A stretch of 63,267 nucleotides of DNA, filler included, from Octopus bimaculoides (taxonomy: Eukaryota), in the NCBI RefSeq assembly GCF_001194135.2. It is 5 parts of 5 records of this genome, joined end to end, with 100 filler letters (N's around TTAATTAATTAA, not from the genome) between each part and the next. Parts side by side here need not be neighbours in the genome. Positions count along the whole stretch, not along the records: positions 48,197 to 61,633 come from NC_068999.1; positions 61,734 to 63,267 come from NW_026432219.1; 3 more parts are not named here. One strand, written 5' to 3'. A model generated the notes under the pieces. It had not been told where the DNA came from. It saw nothing but the letters and a program-made list of their open reading frames with translations, and did no database searches. Positions 53,806-63,267 of this stretch are shown one piece after another. Positions within the stretch are counted from its first letter, which is position 1. Every line of letters begins with the position of its first letter. A program made the position numbers and the translations under genes.

Positions 53806-53832
53806 ACAACCGCTACATCACGTTCAATACAC
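53806..53832 (+). CDS. Candidate 27-nt symmetric micro-exon
   Basis: Long pyrimidine tract cttttcttcttgtattttctggtgtcttgcag and donor GTAAGC at 53833. Open in all three frames (phase 1: NRYITFNT; phase 0: TTATSRSIH). Confidence 0.4.
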
Positions 53833-54032
53833 GTAAGCTGTGACTGAACTCAAAATAGAGTTTGACTAAGGATAGACTTGCTTGTCTTGACATTTAAAGT
53901 CTCAGATATATTCTAGATTATTGCACAAATCCATGTTCAAGAGCGTGGTTATGTAGTTAGAGGTGTTGGAATCTTGACCTTAAGGTTGTGGTTTCGTATC
54001 CGGGACCTAATGACGTATTGTGCTCTTGAGCA

Positions 54033-54290
54033 ATGGCCCACTGGTTACGATTCCCAGACCGGGCGTTGCGTCTGTTTATTGAGCGAAAACACCTAAAGAT
54101 CCACGAGACTCCAGCAGGGGGTGGTGCCGACCCCTGTTGCACTCTTTCGCACCAACTTTCTCTCACTCTTTCTTCCTGTTTCTTGAGTAAAGCTGCGAAG
54201 TACTGGCGTCCCGTCCGGCTGGTGTGGCGGGGGGAGCACATACGTCATAGAAACCGGGAAACCGGGCCCATGAACCTGGCTAGGCTTTAA
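54033..54290 (+). mobile_element. tRNA-derived SINE family B with different 3' tail
   Basis: Head and body match 2774-2960, then the sequence diverges. A second tRNA-like head fragment precedes it at ~53944-54030. Confidence 0.8.
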
Positions 54291-54591
54291 AATGGAGCAT
54301 AAATTAAAAAAAATTGGCACCTTCGCAAAAATTAATAATATAGTGGCAAACGATGGACGAATTTTTAAAATTATACACATCGAAATAATGTTGCGTTCTA
54401 TTCCAAGCTCGGAATATGCCAACACAAAGCAACAAAAGATGATGGACGAGAAATACCTTCATAAAAGTAGCGTAAAGAAAATACGCTGTTGTGACCGGAA
54501 TATTTTATGTTGGAAATAGAGACAATTAATTTTGTCCCGGAAATAAATGTCTCGGGTTAATGTCAGTTTAAAGTGTACAGAATTTTCAAAA

Positions 54592-54717
<126 letters not shown>

Positions 54718-54848
54718 GNNNNNNNNNNATTCAATATATATACATACATACATATATATATATACATTATAATAGATATCTTATAATGTATTTATATGTA
54801 TATATATGGATATGATGCATACATACACACACACACACGCACACACAG

Positions 54849-54914
<66 letters not shown>

Positions 54915-54915
54915 C

Positions 54916-54952
<37 letters not shown>

Positions 54953-55379
54953 GTGTGTGTGTGTGTGCGTGTGTGACGCTCGGTTTGATGTAAACTGAGA
55001 TCAACTAAGAGTAATATTTCTTGTCACTTATTACTTAATTAAGATTCACTAATCTGATATTTCCGGACTCCATAAAATTTGAGTTTTGTTTTCAAAACGA
55101 GTTCATCCGAATCTTTATTATATAAGTCAAACACAACCAGAACCTAGAAAGTCCTTTGATGACTGGCAAAATAATACAATATTTCAAGTATAACCATATC
55201 AGTTCTGTTGCCTCTGAGGAGAATCATGTCTTAATTCCTTATTTTCTAACATAATCCCTGGTTCGATTTCCACTCATTTGTTGTTTATATTTTTTCTTCC
55301 AAAACTTTCGTTAATTTTGCAACGTTTTTGAATAACAGTTTTATATTCAGGAAAAAAAAAAAAAAAAAAAAATGATGTT

Positions 55380-55745
55380 TGTGGCTGTGTGGTATACCAA
55401 CCACATGGTTCTGAGGTCAGTCCCATTGCGTGGCACCTTGCGTGTCTTCTACTATAGCCTCTGGCTGACCAAATCCTTGTGAGTGGATTTGGTAGACGAA
55501 AACTGAAAGAAGCCCGTCGTATATATATATATGTATATGTGTCTGTGTTTGTCCCCCACATCGTTTGACAACCGATGCTGGAGTGTTTACGTCCCCGTAA
55601 CTTAGCGGTTCGGCAAAAGACACCGAGAGAGTAAGTACTAGGCTTACAAAGAATAAGTCCTGGGGATCGATTTGTTCAACTAAAGGCGGTGCTCCACCAT
55701 GGCCGCAGTGAAATGACTGAAGCAAATTAAAGAGTAAAAAGAGAG
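55380..55745 (+). mobile_element. SINE family C, near full length
   Basis: Head and tail match 42556-43155 without the nested insertion. Confidence 0.9.
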
Positions 55746-56159
55746 TATTATTTAAAGCAGAGTTTACTCCGGTTTCTTACTCCGTTTTTTTTGTTTGTTT
55801 TTTTTTGTAATTGTGTTCTCTACAATATAAAGGGAGAATGCTTAGATTTCCTCAAAGGTACCAGGAAGAGAAGTGATGTCGTTTAACACCAGGATCGATA
55901 GATGTGGAACATGACCTGCGTTTAAAGGAAGTGAAACCGTCGGCATTTTGGTTTTTTTAGTATTCAAATATAACTTTAGAGAACAATGTTTCTTCAATTA
56001 TTTTACACACATACACACACACAAACACACGCACGTACGCATACACAAACATACATACATACAAACATACATACCGTTGCTATTATGTTAAACCGTCGTA
56101 TGTCAACAATTTGGCCAAATGCGTTGTTTCCGATGTTTATTTTTGCATCATCGGTAACG

Positions 56160-56226
56160 ATGGTGACCATGGTGGTGATGGTGGTGGTGGTGATGATGAT
56201 GGGGATGATGATGATGATGATGGTCA

Positions 56227-56273
<47 letters not shown>

Positions 56274-56294
56274 ATGCTGCTGCTGCTGCTGCTG

Positions 56295-56362
<68 letters not shown>

Positions 56363-56390
56363 GTCGGTAGCGTTTCTACCGCTGCTGCTT
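56160..56390. repeat. Compound (GGT/GAT)(TAC)n(TGC)n(TAC)n microsatellite
   Basis: Seen directly. Confidence 0.95.
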
Positions 56391-56689
56391 ACCTATCATT
56401 ATATTTTCTCTTGGCCTCTCACGAACACACTCAACTCTACTGTCTATATTTACAACTATAATGCACTAACGATAGGTAGGTAACTTAGCAAGAAAAGAGT
56501 CGAAAAGATAAATAAAACGGGAAACACCTCACACACACCAAAAAAAAAAAACGGTTTGATAATTATTGTTCTATGTAGTAGAATGGCACGTGTTTATGCG
56601 TCTGGAATACAATAACTTCATCAGTATTTCGAAACTGAAGCGCAAAAATCACTGCAGTTTCCATTTAATATTCTGTTGTGTATAAAATG

Positions 56690-56900
56690 TGGCAAAATGG
56701 GAGAATCGTTACAACGCCGGATGAAATGCTGAGCAGCATTTCGTTCGTCTTTACGTTTTGTGTTCAAGTTCTGTCGTGGTCGATTTTGCCTTTTATTGGT
56801 TTCAGGGTCGGTGAAATAAGTACCTGTTAAAAATTGGGGTCGATGTTATCAACTTAACCCCTTCCTTGAGATTGCAGGTCTTGTACCAAAATTTGAAACA
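56690..56900 (+). mobile_element. SINE family A, diverged
   Basis: gagaatcgttacaacgccggatgaaatgctgagcagcatttcgttcgtc... Confidence 0.7.
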
Positions 56901-57713
56901 CGTACCAAGGGACAGTTGGTGTGGCTAAACAAGGAGATGGATTAATCCAACCGCTAGAAAAGCCCCATAAATCCTTAGGAAATCTCAATTCAGTTTCTGC
57001 TAAACCAAATTTCACTCACGAGTTTTTGGACGGTTCTCAGTTTTGGCAGAAGATACTTGCCGAAGGGACCATGCTCTGGGATTGATCCCGATGCACATAG
57101 GTGCCAAACAAACCAATTTTCGAAACCTATAGTTTAAACGTTTAACCAAAATAAGTCCCTAGCCATCAGTGTGAATGTGTTTTGTGACTACGAACAAATG
57201 TCGGTTATGTGAGAAATTTTACACCAGTTACATACTTTTGTCGCCTCTAATACTGATTGAGACATCATATTGGTGTTAATTTAGGTTTTACACCTTCCTA
57301 AGCTACAACAGCTTCTTTTTCAATGTAATAATCTGATTGGATATCACCGATTGTATCAAATAAACAAGATTTATTTTTTTATTATTCGTCTTCAACGTCA
57401 AAACAACTTAACATCGATTTTATTTCATTTAGCACATGGCCTCTTATTTACAGAAAACAAACATGGGATATTGCATTTTCTTTCTTTTTTCTTTGCATTT
57501 GCTTTTGAGAGATTCTTGATATCAAATCGTTCGTTGAAACACGTCATTGTATCTTCGAAGAGACGTCGTCTTTTATCAACCGAATTAAAATAAAATTCTA
57601 CCGTATAAAACAATCGGTTATAGAGACAAGTCGTTCAATGCTTAGTAGTTAACGTTCGACTTTCAACACTCAACAATGTATGGTTAATAATTCATTGTGA
57701 TAAGCGCAGTAGA

Positions 57714-57865
57714 AAGCGGCGAGCTGATAGAATCGTTAGCACACCAGGCGAAATGCTTAACGGCATTTCGTCTGCTTCTACGTTCTGAGTTCAAATTCCG
57801 CCGAGGTCGACTTTGCCCTTCATCCTTTTGGAGACGATGAAATAAGTACAATTTTCGAGGCCTTG
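57714..57865 (+). mobile_element. SINE family A
   Basis: gcggcgagctgatagaatcgttagcac...gagttcaaattccgccgaggtcgactttgcccttcatcc. Confidence 0.85.
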
Positions 57866-59759
57866 TGCCTAGAGTAGAAATAATTGTGTTAAGGGCAGTA
57901 GAGATAGTCCAAGGAAATATATATACCCGATCAGTAGAGTCACCTTCGACCCAACAACACATGCAGGATGTAACTCATGGGAGGAAGAGAGGACTGCACC
58001 AGCAACCAGCTGATGCTGAATCACAGCTGCCAAGACTGAAGCAACGTGAAATGAAAAGCTTAATCCAGGAACACAAAGTGTTACCTAAACTAGAAATCAA
58101 ACCCATCACGTTATGGTTATGAGTCAACTGTCCTAACTATTAAGCCACAAACCTTCACAGTTGGCCCATAATCAATGTTGATCGAGGCGACTAACTATAA
58201 AATGAATTCCAAACATAGTCTTTTGGTTCTATCTAGTTCGGGTTCTATCTAAGATTAAATTACCAAAGGTAGTCTGAGACGGTTTTCATGATTTCCTCCA
58301 TTAATGCCTATGTGGATGTTGTTGTTGTTATTGTTTGGCATCCTAACCCACGACATCAAGCAGACATAACGTCAAAGTCATTCCAGCAGCAACCAGCTAA
58401 TCATTTACTTTACTTTCAGTCATAGTATATCTAGAACTACAAATCTAATAACTTTTATCCTAAATAAGAGCTGGAGCGACTATGTAAAGGCTCGGAGGTT
58501 AACACATTAGACTTTTATTATATAAGATCTCTTACACATCGAGGGAACCTGTACGTAAAGGTTTCCTCATTGACTCATAGCAAAAACATGTAGCGTATTA
58601 TACTGTTGATTTAGCTGAATATATCGATCTTTGTTTATATTGGCCTTGCATTGAATTGCAGTTGCATAAGTGGTGCTAAAGAAAAAAACTACAATAATTT
58701 GTTTCGAAACTTGTAAAACATTTTATTGAATTATATATTTTCTGGTTGATTCTTGACTTGTAGTTATTTAAGGGAATGTAGGTTAACCTTATTAAAGCAA
58801 ATCTTATTATTACAAAGAACAAATCAAGGAACTGACTTGAGAGAGTTCATATACGAAGAGGTGATATTGATAACAGATGTTTGGCTTCTTCATTGGCCTG
58901 TGTTAAAAGGTGGGTGGTACTCTGTATCGATGAATTATTTGAATATATTGATCTTTAGCATATATTTGTCTTGCATTGACTTTAACTTGCATAAATTTCA
59001 GAATATTTAGAATAGTGCCCAGAAAATATCCGCAATATTTAGTTCTGAATCTAGCAAAACGCTAATTGATTTATAAAGTTTCTCAATTTATATAGTTTCT
59101 CAATGATTATAAACTTGTCGTTATTTCAGAGAGGTTAGTTAGCGTTAATAGCACGGAACGGCACGATAAGATGAGCCGAGAAAGGTGAAATATACTGCGG
59201 TATTGTTGATAATAGCTGCGTGTCATAACACATATTTCCACATCAATTTAGCGAGAGAGGCATATATGTTGTCGTTAGTCCATCTACAAATAGCTAGCTC
59301 ATATTATCATTTCGTTTCGCGCGTTATCCTTTTTATAAAACCCTGCAGTATTTAACACAGAAAACACGGGTTGGTATAAAACAATTGTTAAATAAACTAT
59401 GCTTTGGAAAAAGATGATTTTCCGCCCGGAATAACTTGACCAGTGAGAACCCTTGGTGTAATTGGCAACACCAATTTATTCATAGCTAGGATCTTCAGCC
59501 CAATGTCAATTTCATTGACTAAAAATGGGGAAACCCTCATCTGCATTCAAAATTGAAATTGGTCAGCTGGTGAAATCCCTAAAAATCCATACAAAACAAA
59601 CTGTTTAAACCTTCAGACTAACACATTAATTTAACATAAGTTACATGTGTATAATTTGTAAAATTCGGAAATCCTTGTTCTTCTCAACACAGATGTCACC
59701 GCACAGGTCTTCATGCATGAAAAATTTCCCCTAGCTCATAAAAGGCTTCTCACACATCA

Positions 59760-59950
59760 TTGACCGTTGACTGAACACTATTCAATTTTTTTTCTCCGTG
59801 TTTTTCTCCTTGTCTCCGTATTCTTTCTGTTGAAGAGCGTAGCTCGAAACGTCAAAGACTTTCCGTATTCCCGAGCGTCATACTAATACATCCTTTTGTT
59901 ATTTACACCACCTGTCCTCGTCTGTTGTTGTTTTTTCGTACATTCTCCCA
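59760..59950 (+). repeat. ~200-bp interspersed repeat (copy 2) with hammerhead-like fold
   Basis: Homologous to 42731-42925 and followed by (TA)n. Confidence 0.75.
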
Positions 59951-59953
59951 TAT

Positions 59954-59984
<31 letters not shown>

Positions 59985-60130
59985 NNNNNNNNNNNNNNNN
60001 NNNNNNNNNNNNNNNGCAAAAATTCCCCAACAAAACGAACAAAAATGACGAAAAGAAGTATGATGAGAAATAAATGAGTATCATAATATATACAGATTCG
60101 TATGTGAGTGCGTGGGTGTGCATGTGTGTG

Positions 60131-60163
<33 letters not shown>

Positions 60164-61600
60164 ATAGATTGATAGATATGTAGGTAGGCATGTGTGTGCG
60201 TGCATGTATGAGTATGTGTGCGTATATGTTTATGTTCGCCAATGAATGCTGGTGAGAAGATTTGAACGTCGACAACAAAAGCCATAGAAACCGATCTTAT
60301 TTAAACAAAGCTTATTGCGATAAAATCTTTCTAAACAAAATCACAGATACTTCATTTCCGGTCGAACCGTCCGAAATGCAATGAATCAATCAGCCAATGG
60401 TCCATTTGAAGATTTGTAAATGGAATTTGTGAATGGAAAATAAAATGGAAAATAAAATGAATAAAAGAAACAAAGAATGAATAGCTATAGGATGATCTTC
60501 CTTCACTTTGGTATTTGTAACTCTCTTAAGAGAATATCTGTCGTCTTTTGATGACAAGAAAGAAAAGTCGAGTCAGCCAGTGAAATATCAACACTATCGA
60601 AGTTATTCTATTCAGAAGTTTTGAAGATCAAATCCAACACATATTAAAGCCGATAACTCAACATAAATAAACAAAAAAAAAAAAAAGACAGAACACAGAC
60701 AAAAACAAAAGGAAAGCAAGTAATACATTAGATAAGATTGTTCAAGTTATGAAATGAAGCTCAGGTCACAAGCACAATTCATAACAAATTTGTTGATCAG
60801 ATTTAACTGTGGGCCGCCTAGTTCAGAGTTGAATTGAGGTTAAATAGCACCGTACAAAGCAATCTCGATGTACAATGCTTAGAAATCGATACGCAGCGTA
60901 AAAGAATTATAGAAAGGAAATTAAAACGACAAACAATGCAGACATTTTAAAAGAAAAAAATATTATTTTTCTTTAAAAAGAAGATGGAGTTATGTAACAA
61001 GATAGCAATACATTTTAGCGGTTACGAAAATAAATTTCGAAATAAGCTAATAAAGTATAGATTTTTCAGCTCCGATATAAACACTATAAACATGTATCCG
61101 TGGTTGTGTGAGCGTGGGTACTGTACATACACTGATATATATATATATATATATACACATATATATATACGCGCGCGCGTGTGTGTGTATGTATATGTGT
61201 GTATATGCACACATATATATGTACAGATATAGCCATATGTATACATACACAAGCACAAAATATACATGTGTTTATGTACATGTACAAATATATATATATA
61301 TATATGTATACACGCAGACTGTCATAAATGCACACATACATACATACACACATATACACACGCACAAACACATGCTGACATAGATATGCATGTATCTCTC
61401 CATGCAGAGGTCTACAAAAGTGGCTCGTTCGTTGTTATTGTTCTGTGTGGTATTTGTAAAACATTGATGCATAAGTTATAAGTTGTGTAGAAAAATGAGA
61501 GGCAGAGATAGAAGAAAGGTTTATTTTGTTCACGTATATAATACATGTATACATGTATGTATGTATATGTGTGTGTATGTGCGTGTGCGTGTGTGTGTAT

Positions 61601-61633
<33 letters not shown>

Positions 61634-61733
61634 NNNNNNNNNNNNNNNNNNNNNNNNNNNNNNNNNNNNNNNNNNNNTTAATTAATTAANNNNNNNNNNN
61701 NNNNNNNNNNNNNNNNNNNNNNNNNNNNNNNNN
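61634..61733. other. Artificial scaffold join 44N-TTAATTAATTAA-44N
   Basis: Identical 100-bp structure at four positions. Confidence 0.95.
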
Positions 61734-62016
61734 AGTAGAAACAGTACTGTACTGTATATTTTTTTTAATTATTTTTATAATTTCTATATATTTATTTTAT
61801 TATAAATACAAAACAACACCACGGAGGATTGACGTAAGCTTAAATAATAGACCGCGATAGGTGAACTGCAACATGGCGAGAGATTACTGTATATATATAA
61901 TACACATAAGACATGATTTACTAGGTGCCTATCAGTATATGCTAATAGAAATATGTATATGGAAGTAAATGTATGTGTGTGTGTGTATATATAATAAAAT
62001 ATATATATAAGAATAA

Positions 62017-63095
62017 GAATAGCCTGGGCAAAGTTCAGAGAGCTCTTACCTCTGCTGGCGACAAAGGGTCTCTCTCTCAGAGTAAAAGGCAGATTGTATG
62101 ACGCATGTGTACGAACAGCCATGCTACATGGCAGTGAAACATGGGCTGTGACTACTGACAACATGCGTAAGCTCACATGGAATGAAGCCAGTATGCTCCA
62201 ATGGATATGTAATGTCAGTGTGCATACTAGACAGAGTGTAAGTACCTTGAGAGGAATGTTGGACCTAAGAAGCATCAGTTGTGGTGTGCAAGAGAGATGA
62301 TTGTGCTGGTATGGTCATTTGGTGAGAATGGATGAGGATAGCTGTGTGAAAAAGTGCCACAGCCTAGCTGTTGAGGGTACCTGTGGAAGAGGTAGACCCA
62401 GGAAGACCTGGGATGAGGTGGTGAAGCACGACCTTCGAACATTNNNNNNNNNNAGCTGTTGAGGGTACCTGTGGAAGAGGTAGACCCAGGAAGACCTGGG
62501 ATGAGGTGGTGAAGCACGACCTTCGAACATTAGGCCTCACCGAGGCAATGACTAGTTACTAAGACCTTTGGAAATATGCTGTGTGTGAGAAGACCCAGCA
62601 AGACAAGTGAGACCATAACCTGTGGCCTTTACCAGGGGTGGAGCCAGCCCACTTATGTGTACCTTTCCTTCTTTGGACACAAAACCGAGTGGGATCATTG
62701 CCAGAGCAGCGGTCTGGTTTCCATGCCGGTGGCACGTAAAAAGCACCATTTGAGCATGATCGTTACCACTGTCGCCTTAATGGCACTTGTGCGGGTAGCA
62801 TATGAACAAAACATTCGAGTGAGGTCATTGCCAGTACCGCTGGACTGACTCCTGTGCAGGTGGCATGTAAAAAACACAATTTGAGTGTGGCCGTTGCCAG
62901 TACCGCCAGACAGGCCCTCGTGCCGGTGGTACGTAAAAGCACCCACTACACTCTCGGAGTGGTTGGTGTTAGGAAGGGCATCCAGTGGTAGAAACTCTGC
63001 CAGATCAGATTGAAGCCTGGTGCAACCATCTGGTTCGCCAGTCCTCAGTCAAATCGCCCAACCGATGTTAGCATGGAAAGTGGACGTTAAACGAT
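62017..63095 (+). mobile_element. RTE-clade LINE 3' end with repeated 3' UTR
   Basis: AWAKFRELLPLL...LYDACVRTAMLHGSETW...WYGHLVRM...GRGRPRKTWDEVVKHDL. Followed by ~65-bp tandem units and a tail ending ggacgttaaacgatcatga. Confidence 0.9.
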
Positions 63096-63267
63096 CATGA
63101 TACACACACACACACACTGACATACAGACATAAACATACACAATACACACATCTTTAAGAAAGAGAGATCTTGTGTATCTAAATATAAATATATACACTC
63201 TGTATTATCACCAGCATATATATATATATATATGTTTAGGTGAACAGACAGCTATTTATTTTGGTAA

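Noticed and set aside
62366-62531. 78-bp direct repeat flanking a 10-N gap
   Set aside because: An exact duplication on both sides of a minimal gap indicates an unmerged contig overlap.

Overview
Repeat-rich, gap-rich eukaryotic genomic DNA. It is most likely from an octopod cephalopod (Octopus sp.), inferred from recognisable tRNA-derived SINE families and very dense (TA)n/(CA)n/(TAC)n microsatellites; this assignment was not checked by a database search. Nearly all ORFs in the supplied track are artefacts of microsatellites or N-gaps. The only host gene I can support is a + strand scavenger-receptor cysteine-rich (SRCR, group A type) gene with three in-phase exons: 32683-32861, 33383-33524 and 36610-36779. 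Candidate symmetric micro-exons follow at 39115, 48931 and 53806. The rest consists of SINEs, decayed LINEs (RTE, CR1/L2-like and an R4/Dong-like element), Tc1 and mariner remnants, small MITE/foldback elements, and a ~200-bp repeat whose two copies fold like a minimal type I hammerhead ribozyme with a non-canonical core. Four identical 44N-TTAATTAATTAA-44N linkers are artificial scaffold joins, so contiguity across them is unproven. No prokaryotic features, CRISPR arrays, rRNA genes or true tRNA genes were seen.
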